NCBI GenBank assembly: GCA_951804945.1 | Contig: OX638150.1 | Location: forward strand, 51,150,001 to 51,214,000 | Direction of reading: 5' to 3' | Source: Podarcis cretensis | Lineage: Eukaryota | DNA length: 64,000 bases | Shown here: piece by piece, positions 25,201 through 37,248 of the stretch | Layout: each line of letters opens with the position of its first letter | Numbering within the stretch: position 1 is the stretch's first letter | Program-made: the position numbers and the translations under genes | The notes under the pieces: generated by a model | Seen by the model: only the letters and a program-made list of their open reading frames with translations | The model's database searches: none | Told to the model about the DNA's origin: nothing

Positions 25201-28200
25201 GTGACTCGAGGGGGTGGAGCCAATTGCCTGCTGTACCCCAGGAGCCCAGACGCGGTTTGCATATTCAAGCACACATTTACGTCTGAAATATTACAGATCA
25301 GGGATTCTAAACTGCTTAGCTGCTTGCAATTGCTAAAATAATTGGGAATCAGAAATCCTACTGCAAAGCACCCAGTGATCTACTAGCAGATCCTGATCAA
25401 TCTTATGCACACTTCTGTCTTAGGCCGACTGACTGACTCAAATGCATCTGGCTCTTTCTCTTCTCTGCTCTGTCAAAAGCCAGGGGAATAGTTGGATCAG
25501 GCAGGAATGGTCGTGTTGAGAATGCAGTGTGAGACCCAGAAACAGGACTGTGAGCTAAAGGCTAGTGCTGTGTGTGTGATGAGGTAGCTTTGAATCACCC
25601 AGGTTCATTCTCGGTATGTGAACCTGACCGGCCGTTATTAATGTCTCCATTTTCACTGCCGTTCTAACCTCCCTCAGTCTCACGGTCCCCAACTATGAAT
25701 GTTGCATCAAGAAAACAATATCAGGCTGGAACCAGTATATTCATAGCAAAACCAGCCAATTTAATTCACTAGAAGAGCTCAGTCGGCTGGTTCTAAATCC
25801 ACAGACTCAGCATCTGATCTGAATTTCCCCTGCACTGGGATCATTCTGCCATGTCTGTGATACCTGCCCACCCCCAGCGAGAATCTCCCTCACACAATAG
25901 CAATGCACGGCCTGTGAAAAGACAAGCCTTCTGCACCTCTCCCTTCCTTGAAGCCAACCATCTGCTGGCAGGCAGGGGGTAGGTGAAATTTCCCCGATTG
26001 CTTACAGCCATTTAAGGAGCTTTCGTAGCCGGCCGTGTGAAGAGCTTCTCTACTGCCTGCTGAGCTGCGAGGAGGAGTCCAGGGGTCAGCGTAGGAATTG
26101 GATCGGGCCTTCATTTCTTCCTTAAGTATCAATCTGCCAATGCCAGTCTGGAGCTATCACCGCAAAACATTAAGAAGATGGATATGATAGGAGAGGGAGG
26201 GAAGGAGGCAAAAACCACATCAGGGCCGGATCCTGCTGGGCAACCCCACCACCCCATGTTCTACCATGAACAGCCCTGTGGGAAGGACCCTAGTGTGTGT
26301 CAACACTTTAATATTGCTTATTGTGTTTTAAAAATATGTAACAGAATATTACTTGTAAGCCACCTTGATAGGATTTATATCCTGAAAGGGGAGATATAAA
26401 CAATTTCAAACACACACATATTATTTTCCCTTGTATGATTAAGTAGCACTGAGATTAGCCACATGCGTTTAAAGAAGATTGGAAAATGTTTGTTGAATAT
26501 ATGGGTGAAAATTGTGTACATTTGAAGACACTGGCAGAATTAAGATACAGTGTAGACAAGTTTTGGTGGTTGTGATAATGGAATACTGAATGGTTTAGCT
26601 TATGTAAAATATGCAGGGATTTGTGGTATGTAAACTGAACCACGGAAAGAGAAGAGAAGTCATTGATTTAAGGTTGTTTAAATGAATATTTTAAAATAGA
26701 AAATAGAAAAACTTAATGAAAAATTATACAGAAAAAGAGAGATTAGCATAATAAAATGACCTAAAAGAGTAAAAATCCAATGAAACATAATGAAAAGGTG
26801 CAGAGGCATTATCACTGTTGACATGAACTCAGAGATTTCAACTGTTTCCCAGTGAAGCTATCAGCACTGGACTACCCCACTGCACAGAATGGAGCAGCAT
26901 CTGAAGATATAGTCAAAGTCCTCAGCAGCCGACCTCCTCTTATGAGGCCGTGAGCACAGCAGAGGCTGGCACAGTGAGGAACCCTGAAGGCGCTGCTACC
27001 AACCCAAGGAGGAAGAGAGCCTGTGGAAGCTGGGCCGCAGCAGCGTCCCTAAGTTCAGCATAAAATGGGCAAAGGCTGTGAAGATGAGCACTCACCTTAT
27101 GCATCCCTCGATCAAACCCATCTTCTTCTCCTCCTGATGAGAACCTCCGAACTCGTGGTGCTACAAAGAAGTGGCGGCAGGGCAGTCAGTTCAAAGAAAT
27201 CACTTGCATGGCATCAGGTTAAGACAGCAGCCATGAATCTGGGGACTTTGCTAGGGTTGGGGCCAATGTTGGACGTGCATTTCTGTAACCCAAAGGGGCC
27301 TGTGCTCCTTCTGGCATGAAGCTTCGGACAGACAGTAGCATATTCTTTTCAGGCATTATAGCTGGGAAGGGCCAGAGCTTCCGGTTCATGGAAGGTGAGC
27401 AGCCACAAAGGCAGACAGGGCTTCTGTAACTTTAAGAGCTTTGCAGAAGAGGGAATTTCAGCTGGTGTAGCTTTCTGCCCACCTTGATATTCTAGACTGA
27501 GGATGGGGAACCTCTAGATTAGGGAAGTAATAGTGCCACTGTATTCTGCTCTGGTCAGACCTCACCTGGAGTACTGTGTCCAGTTCTGGGCACCACAGTT
27601 CAAGAAGGACACTGACAAACTGGAACGTGTCCAGAGGAGGGCAACCAAAATGGTCAAAGGCCTGGAAATGATGCCTTATGAGGAATGGCTAAAGGAGCTG
27701 GGCATGTTTAGCCTGGAGAAGAGGAGGTTAAGGGGTGATATGATAGCCATGTTCAAATATATAAAAGGATGTCACATAGAGGAGGGAGAAAGGTTGTTTT
27801 CTGCTGCTCCAGAGAAGCGGACACAGAGCAATGGTTCCAAACTACAAGAAAGAAGATTCCACCTAAACATTAGGAAGAACTTCCTGACAGTAAGAGCTGT
27901 TCGACAGTGGAATTTGCTGCCAAGGAGTGTGGTGGAGTCTCCTTCTTTGGAGGTCTTTAAGCAGAGGCTTGACAACCATATGTCAGGAGTGCTCTGATGG
28001 TGTTTCCTGCTTGGCAGGGGGTTGGACTCGATGGCCCTTGTGGTCTCTTCCAACTCTATGATTCTATGATTCTATGATTCTATTCTAGATATTGCTGGAC
28101 TCAGCCCAAGGCAGCATGGTCTTGGGATGATGGGAGTTGCAGGCCAGCAATATCTGCAGGGCTACTGTTCCCCATCCCTGTTGCAGACCATGCTTAAAAG

Positions 28201-31200
28201 GTACAAGAGCCCTGTCCTTCTCTGCAGTTGGATATTTTGGCACTTTCCTCTCCATTTCAGCATGGCCACTGCATGTAGGATTACACACACACACATTCCT
28301 GGAGCTTTTGGTGACCTGGTGTGGAGAATGTTACCTTTAGGTGAGCCTTGAAAGGTCCAGTATTCTGTTTCGGAGTGGTAATATGGATCTGGAGAGTAGG
28401 CTGGGCTATATTTGGAGCTCTGGGCAATATCCTCACTGGTTTTGCTTTTTGTGGCTGCAGATAGGGTATCTGCAAAAGCGACAGAGAGCACGTGTGAAAG
28501 ACTGGAAGGAAAAGGGGAGCTCTTCAGAAGGGTTTGGCAGCAATGACACGCAAGGGCAGCAGAGGCATATGCATCGTTCCAGGACAGCTCCTACCTTATA
28601 TAAAAACAAGGGCTTTGTTTTTAAGGTGAGAGAGGAACAAGGGGGAAGGGAGACATGCCTGCTCTGTGTACCCACTGCTCATTTCACCATAGCCCCTCGC
28701 TGGTGCTGAAGCTGGTGCCAGGGTGAGTGGGTGAGTGAGAAGAGACATCAGGAGAGAGGCTTTGTGGGAGGGAAGCCATGGGCCCCCTCCCTCCATTGCT
28801 TTTGCACTTAAAAAATGCTTCAAGCAAGATCAGAACAAACCCAGGTTTAAATGAACGGTCCTGCTGCTATCATGCCTAATTCAAACTTTTCTTCCAAATC
28901 TCCAGATAGCAAACTTTTGGCTACTTCTCTATAGAGCTTAGGCAAATGCAGAGCAACAGAGCAATGCAATTCTGCTATTTTCCACTTGCCAGTATTTTAT
29001 TTATTTATATGTTTTCCAAGGAGCTCAAGTTGGTGTATCTGGCTCTCCTCCTCCCACTTACATTTCATCCTCACAACAACCCTGTGAGGCAGGTAGAAGA
29101 AGAAGAAGAAGAGTTTGGATTTGATATCCCGCTTTATCACTACCCAAAGGAGTCTCAAAGCGGCTAACATTCTCCTTTCCCTTCCTTCCCCACAACTAAC
29201 ACTCTGTGAGGTGAGTGGGGCTGAAAGACTTCAAGAAGTGTGACTGGCCCAAGGTCACCCAGCAGCTGCATGTGGAGGAGCGGAGAAGCGAACCCAGTTC
29301 CCCAGATTACGAGTCTACAGCTCTTAACCACTACACCACAATGGATAAGGTAGCACTTATCCTCGGTCAACAAACATGTGGCACCTGGTAATTGCACCCC
29401 ATCCCTATTGCTTCAGTCAGGAGACTCCCGTGTCTGTTTAAAGCCAGGCCTGGAATTGCCTCCATGGCAGAAGTTTCCAAGCTGGAGCACAACGCAGCTC
29501 CATGTTGGTTACTAGCACAGTTCACTCTCTAGATTCCGGAAGGGCTGTGTGGCTCAGAGGGGCAGGGTGCATGCTTTGCATGCAGAAGTTCCCAGGTTCC
29601 ATCCCAGGTATCTCCAGGTAGAGCTTGGAGAGACTCCACTCTGAAACCACGGAGAGCTGCTTTACTGGCCAGTACTGTAGACAACAGTGAGCTAGCAGGA
29701 TCAACGAACCGACTGCTGCTTACTTTCTCATCCTTTATGTGAGCTTTCCCCAACCTGGTGCCTTGCAGATGCTGTTGGACTACAACTCCCATCATCCCCG
29801 ACCACTGACCATGCTAGTTGGGGGCTGATGGGGGCTGAAGGGGAGGGGACACCAGGTTGGAGAAGGTTGTGTTTGTCAAGAAGGGAAGCAGAAAGCAAGT
29901 GGCACAAGCTTCATAGATAAGTGCAGCACTGGGGCGGGAGGTAGCTGGATGAGAGCAGGGAAAGGAAGAGCAATGGGAGGAAGGGGAAAGAGGTCAGGCA
30001 AGTGGAGGAGGGTGGGAGACACCCCCCTGAATTAGCAAGCACCCTGACACAGCAATGATCACACCAAAAGTGAGACACTGGGCATGGCCCAAACTGGCTC
30101 AGTCTTAGGACCAAACAAGACAAGGTGCCAGTCGCATGAAACTCTATGGACGGCTTTCAAAAATGTAAAAAGCAAATGCAGAGGCTGATCTATTTTGGGA
30201 CCTTGGGAGACATGAGAGTCCTGATCTGAATTAGTTCCCTCATGTCTGCTCTTTGCATTGGACAGGAAGCTCCCGTTTATTCCCATGGAAGCTTTTCTGT
30301 AAATGAAAATATCAAGTGGAGATCTCTGATCAGGACCATCGATGACGGAAAGACTAAAGTCCCCTAACCCCCACAAAAATCCTAATCCACATCAACCCTC
30401 TGCCTCCCTGCCCACTACCACTACTACTACTACTACTACTATTTCACATGACTCAAAGCAATTTACAGTCATTAATTTTATCACTGTATTTTATTTATTT
30501 AACAAAATTTATATGCCATCTGATCGTAGTAAAACCTCCATTTACAAGAAAAAGAAAAAGCCATCCACACAACTGCTAATGGCATGAACAGCTTCCCATG
30601 TAGCTCGGCCACCAGAAAAGAGCCACAGGAAGGAACAGTGAAAGAGAATTAGGGTGTGATTTGCTTTGGGTTGACGGGTTGTTATCATACAGAATAGCTG
30701 CCTTATGCAGCCTGTACTTAGCAACTCATCCTCATACAAGCCTCAGATCCTCCCTATATCCACGTTTCCAGTCTCCACAAACTTGTATCTACGGGCCAAA
30801 ACAGATGAAAATTATTTGTGCCACCCTGCTATCCCAGCTGCAATTAACCCTGGGAGACAAGCTCCTTCTTGCGCCAACAGAAGTTTATACTAATATCAGC
30901 TTTCTTTAAAAATGAAACACAGACATTTCCCCAACCCCCCACATATGATTTAATCCAGAATTAATCCAGAATAGCAATCCATCCTAATAAAGACCAGATC
31001 CCACAGGTTGGTTGGCCACTGCAACAGCAAGGTGGTGAATTAGGTTACCCTTTGGCCTGATTTAGTTGGGTTTTTCTTATGTTCTTTATCACACACACTC
31101 ACTTTTTTATTTCTGCTTTTTTTTGTACCTATTTATCTACTTGCACTTTTGACATGCTTTCAAACTGTTAGGTTGGCAGGAGCAGGGACCGAACAATGGG

Positions 31201-34200
31201 AGCTCACCCCATGATGGGGATTTGAACCGCCGAACTTCTTATCAGCAAGCCCTAGGCTCAGTGGTTTAACCCACAGCGCCACCCGCGTCCCTTTTATTTC
31301 TGTTTTAATTATCACAGAGCAACTCTCATTCTTGGTTTGATACTCTCAAGAATAAATAAAGTGTGTTAAGGAGATAACTGGTTTTGAGCGATTTTGCTTT
31401 GAAAATATGCCCTTAAATGTACATTAGAACAAGCAGAACTTCAGACAGTGCATACAAGAGGATTTTTATAGAGCACTTAGGGATAAGTAATCTGCATTAC
31501 GTGATCATGCATTAAGTCCACAAATGTATTTATATATATATATCTTCAGAGAAAGCTATTTTATGTCCTAATAGAAGGGCAGTTTCCCCCCCTTAAGCTT
31601 TAAAATATCCAAGGCTTGCTGGAGGAAGTCAGAGGGCTTCTCAGGAGCAAGGCATGGTGAGGTTGTTGGTACCAAGAAGAGAGGCAAAGGGAGGTACTTA
31701 CAATGCAGTGGGGAGCAGGCAGCCAGCAGGGCAGGGTGTTAGGCAGACAGCGGAAGGGGGAAAGGGGGAAGGAAAGAGAGGAGACACTCGGTTACCACAT
31801 TCAAGGGGAAAGCCACAAGACCCTTCTAAAGCAATAAAAGCAGATCGGTGAGTGCAGAGCAAGCCCCTCATCCTCTTCACTGATGGGACCTGCCCAGCAG
31901 AGGGCGCTCCTCCATCTTCCATGGCTCCCAAGAGCTTTGACTCAGAAGAAGTCTGGAGGGACATTGTTTCTGTAGTTTCCCAGGCCCTGTGGGTGCAGAA
32001 CATCTAGCCTCCAGTCCCACACCTCCAAGTGATATTCCTGCTAGGATGCTTCATGGCCGTCTCATGTACGAGGCTAGACGTTTCCTCTCTAGCCTTCCTC
32101 ACCTTGTACAGTCTCCTTATCTAGTGACAGTATGGCCACTCACCCTGGGGACAGGCACCAGACCTTGGCTTTATCTTCTGCTCTTCTCATTCATTCATTT
32201 GCCCCCGTATTTAAGTTCATTGCAAAACCATATTGTTTCTCTATGACTTTGCAAAAAGACAGCTCTTCTTCCTTTCTGCTCTCTTAGCAAAAAAAATAAA
32301 TTAAAAAAAAAAATCTACATTATGCCCTGATCTTCTCTCAGTTTGACCTTTGGGCTTTGATTGTCTCATGTCAGTCCCCTCCAGGAGCATCTGGTATGGT
32401 GGTGTGGAGCTGTCACTCTTGCTTTCCATGGTGGGGCAGGTCAGCAGCAAGGCTGGGGTCAGCATGGAGTGCAGCCAGCTCCTGCGGGTGTGCCTAGATG
32501 GCCCCAACCTCACCCCTGCCCTGATGCATCCTGGGAAGCAGCAGTGATGCTGGTGTCAAGGAGGCAACTCATCATATTGCCCCACCATGCTAGCCACTCC
32601 TGGTCTCCAGCAGTTAGCTGCCAATATCATTTACTTCTCTCACCATGACACTCCCCTTCTTAAATATCACATTGGCTTCCTGTGCATTCCTGGACCCCAC
32701 ACAAGCTCCTCATCCTTGCATTCAAAGCCGTCTGTGACCTTGACCCCTTCTTCACTTATATCCTGATACCTTCTTGCCTGTGACTTTCAGAAGTCCAGTT
32801 AAACCACTTCCCAAATGCCTCTTTTCCCTCAAAAAACTCCACCCATTCTCCTTTGACCATGATACCACCTCTCTTCCTTCCACCAGATCCCTCCTCAAAG
32901 GCCACCTTTTCTTATGAAGCCTCTGGTACAACTCCGTACCCAGCTATTACTAGGTCAAAACGCATCATATGCAACAACCACACTTTCCTCTCCCTTTCAC
33001 CCCTGCCTTCCATTTTCATCCTTGCCCTTGATGTCTCCCTTGTGTGGCACTTTAGATTGACAGCCCCTTGTGAGCTAAATAGCCCATTTCTACTTTGAGT
33101 TCCTTATGGCTGAGGAGACCCAGGCAGATTTTGATCTTGACATTTTTATATTCCTAGGACAACGTCTGAAGGTCCCTGACCTAGAACGTGCCCCAATGTA
33201 AGTTTTGTTGCGGTTTCCTTTTCAGAAGTCAGAGATACTCAGACTTGCATTCTTTCCCCCATTGTGTCCAGGTCTGGCACTTGGTAAACGCCAACTTGGT
33301 ATATAACTTTTGCAAAGCTCACAGCGTCACTCCACACTCAATGTGCAGCACTGTTGCGAAAGCAGAACTGGACTTTGTTATTATGTGTATCCAAATATGT
33401 GTCAAAGCCATGCCCAAACTGTACCGTGTCTTTTATAGATGGGGGGTTTCCGGTAGATGTTACTCTCTGCAGCAGCTGGAGGCAAAAAGAAAGATAATAA
33501 AGGAAAGAAAGAGACAGAAAAGGAGAGTAGGAGCCAGTGCGGGAATGTTTCAGAATCACAAGAGCCACCACAATTTGTGGGTAAGGTCCCCACCCACAAT
33601 CCAACTGCCTGCTTACTCCATTCAGTGTTTTTCTCCTCACGGCCTTATTTTAAGCAGCTGCAAAGCTGAGATAGGTTGGGAGCTGGTTTGATGGGGGAAG
33701 AAGGAATCCATCCTACTCGGGGTGATGTGTGCTACAGACAGCCATACGACAGAGAATGCGTCCATGAGATCATGCTGGGAGCATGCTCACCATTAAAAGC
33801 ATGCAGGGTCAGGCAGACATTTCTCCTTCTGGCACAGTTGATGGCTTGCCTTCGTTCAGGGGAAGGGAAGTCCTAATTTGGGTGGTGCTCATGGCCACGT
33901 CTTTCTCGTCTGCCAGTGGCACCGGATGATCTGTAAGTTGGTTCCTTAGAGACAGGGCTGTAACCCTCATCCCATCGTTGCCCAAGAGCAAAACATGTCT
34001 GCCAGGGTCTCTTAAAATGAGAGAGCAAGAGAAGCAAAGCAAGCTGGGAACAGGAACTACCCTACCAGCACAAAGGCTTACTGATGGGCTGGGCAAAGGG
34101 CCATCCATAAAAGACGTCAGCCAGATCTACTGGGGCGCTCGTCGTCGGAACACCGTTTCCGGTGGTGGTAATGACAGAAAGAAAATGTGACAGGGAAAAT

Positions 34201-37172
34201 TCCAGAACCTCCAGGCTGTTCTAGGTGAAATGGACCCTTTTCCTTCCAATAGCCAAGGCAGTCAAGGCCTTAAGCTGTGGGACTCCAGGTCTACTTCATC
34301 CTTCTTCTCTCGTACTGTGAGTTCAAGGGCCCCTCATGAAAATCCGCAAGTGTCTCCTCCTACTCTGCTAAACATGGGCACTGCCAGGATCAGCTGCCAA
34401 GTAAAATTTGGATTTCAACACACAGCTAATTGAGGGGAGGAAAAAAAATAAAACAAGCCACCAGGCATGCATTCTGTCACTTGTTTTCATCCTGCCCCTA
34501 ACAGATTCATCCTAAGGCCCCTGAGTTTCTTTTCTTGGCTTGTTTGAACGACTTGAGATCAAAATCTTGGAAATGGCTTCAGGTAGGAGGGTGTGTGCTT
34601 GTCAAAAAGGCACCCTGGTTTGACTTGCCCTAGTTCAATCTAGGCCGAGGGCTTCCACTGCTGCCAGGTGTTTGGACAGGTGTCGGCCTCACGTGCTTGG
34701 AGTGAACTAATGATTCTAGATTCCCTTTGCGAGCAAAGCTGATGACAGGCTGCGCTGTCGGGCAGGTGGGGAGGGCACACGTGTAACTACTTGCGTACTG
34801 AAAAGGGGCAGGTGTTGCCCTCCTTCCCACCCTCCCTGCAGGAGGGGCGCGGCAGTGGCCCTTACCTGGTGGCCCCCGGAGTCTCTGCTGGAGGGGAGCA
34901 GCCATCTGGCAAGCCCAGTTAAATCTGGGGGAAGGGTGCAGCGGGCCCTGAGGGGAGCAGGAGGAGTATAAGATAAATTATCTGTCAAGGATGGGTGCAG
35001 AAGAGCTCCTAGCTGACAGACAAGCTCTGCCTTGTGGTCCTTGAGGGAAGAGAATGGAACGAGAGGGGCATGAGGATCTCTTCTTTGCAGAGGCGGGAGG
35101 AAGCTGCACGGGGAGGGTGCAAACAAACTTGGGGGGAGGTGGGGGTTGAGGCTGCAGGTCTTGTTTATGGATGGCCTCTGACATGCGGATGTCTCTTGCT
35201 GTTGCTAGCTGACTCTAGGCTGGCAGTAGCACTACTCATGCAGTATGCACACTTGGCGCATGCATGCGTGCGTGCATGCATGCAAAAATAAAACCAAAAC
35301 CAAAAAAGATACAGCGCTCCTTCACAGGCTGGCCAGAGGCCTCCAGAGCCTACCTGGAATGTGGAAATGCTTAGGAGCTTGGTATGAGGTTGGTGTAGAA
35401 GACCTCACATCTAACTGGCTATAGTAGGGGGAGCTGCGCCCGCTCTCTGTTCCTTGAAAGAGCAGATTGGAGGGAGCAGCGGAGAAAGAAAGAAAGAAAA
35501 AGAGAGAGACAGAGAGAGAGACACAGAGAGAGAGGCAGAGGAGAATCGGTGTTAGAAGCAGCCATGTTAGAAGAGTAGCAAGCCACCTGTGAACCAATGA
35601 TGGGGATGCATGAATGATGGAGGGGTGGGGTGGGAGGTGGTCATGAAGACTCCTACACGCCATGGTGAGGGGAGGGGTGCTGGGTCCACCGATGAAGAGG
35701 AGCCAGAGGAAAATCCCACAGGTGCATGTCATCAGTGGCAGTTCTAAACCTATTCCAGTAGTACCCAAAATTCCATGCTAGGATTTACCCGGCAGCGCTA
35801 GCTGGTGCCAGAGGTGCAGGCTCAGTGACGGTTGTACAACTTAATTCATTTTGGCAGAGGCTGAGGTTCTGGTGGGTGGGTGGGTGGGGGAATATGCTAC
35901 AGGAGACCCAGAATAAGCCAGTTCTGCTAGACATGCTTTTCTCTGCGTTTTTTCCTTCTCTGCTCTGCTCTTTTTCCTAAGTGCAACATGTCAAAACCCA
36001 GTGCCAGTTGTGTTCATGCTGAAGAACTCCTTAGCACCTCTGTCTGTGTGCCTATGAATCCTGGCGCATCCGTTGCTTCCCACATCATCTGCTCCTTTCC
36101 GTTTCACCACTAGAGCAGGACCTTGAAGTTTTGAAGTGGCCACAGAAAAGGGAGAGCGGCATATGCACCAGTGGAGTGTGAAGTCCCAGTAATCAACCCA
36201 TCTCTACCCTGAGGACAGACAGTAGCAAAGTTGGCCAGGTGTCCAGAAATGTTCCTCCGTAACAGAGGAAACTGGCCAAGGGAGTGTGTCCTCTTTGCCC
36301 TTCTCCCCACCACCACTGAGACGCGAGGCTTCGCAGTGCAAGCTCTTCTGGGAATGGGAAGATGTTCCGGCCCTGAATGTGCCTTGGAGAAAGGCGCATA
36401 TGTCCTGATGATGCCACAGCGCTGGTTTCTGCTTCACATGTGTACTCCGCTTACCTGAGCGATAATAATGGTGCGGTGAGCGTGGGATGGTGGGGGACAT
36501 GCCTTGGCGGCTGTAGGTGGGGGAGTCGATGTAGCCGGGGCTGGAGGCTCGCCTCTGTCGGATGTCCATGCTTTCATAAATATCCTGGGAAAGGGAAAGA
36601 GCAGTGATGGCAAAAGACTCAGCCCTTAGCGAGGTGCAAGCGCATGAGACCCCTGGCCAGCGATGTGGGTTTTCTGGAAAATATGGAATTGGAAGATATT
36701 CCAGAAATGTTTTCTTATGCAAATACACAGGGTAATTTGCCTCAGAATATTTCCAGTTTGCATTGGGGGAGGGGGGGAATTCTGATGCCCTAAAGCAGTG
36801 ATGGCCAAACTTGCCCCTCCAGCTGTTTTGGGACTACAATTCCCATCATCCCTGACCACTGGCCCTGTTAGCTAGGGATGATGGGAGTTGTAGTCCCAAA
36901 ACAGCTGGAGGGCCAAATTTGGCCATCACTGCCCTAGAGAGTGATCTAGTTGAACATGTTTATTTTACTTGTATTTAAAAACTTTGAAACTTTCCTGATA
37001 TTTGCAGTTGGCACCCCTTCACTGTTATTAAATGAACCTATGGACATTTTTCATGGAAAAACAAAGCATTAGGAAAAGTTTCTGTCCCACATCACTGCCC
37101 ATTGCACAAATCCTAGCCCTCTACTTTTGATTTAATTTTGTGCAGGGCAGACTGTTTTCTTTCTAGTCAAGG

Positions 37173-37248
<76 letters not shown>

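Noticed and set aside
27533-27997. Host protein-coding gene on the plus strand
   Set aside because: It is the C-terminal part of CR1 ORF2 in a 5'-truncated retrotransposon
29541-29620. Functional tRNA-Ala gene
   Set aside because: Mismatched stems, followed by a SINE body shared with other copies
30590-30665. Possible extra exon after a ctaat branch point and pyrimidine tract (minus strand)
   Set aside because: No convincing acceptor-donor pair or recognisable peptide
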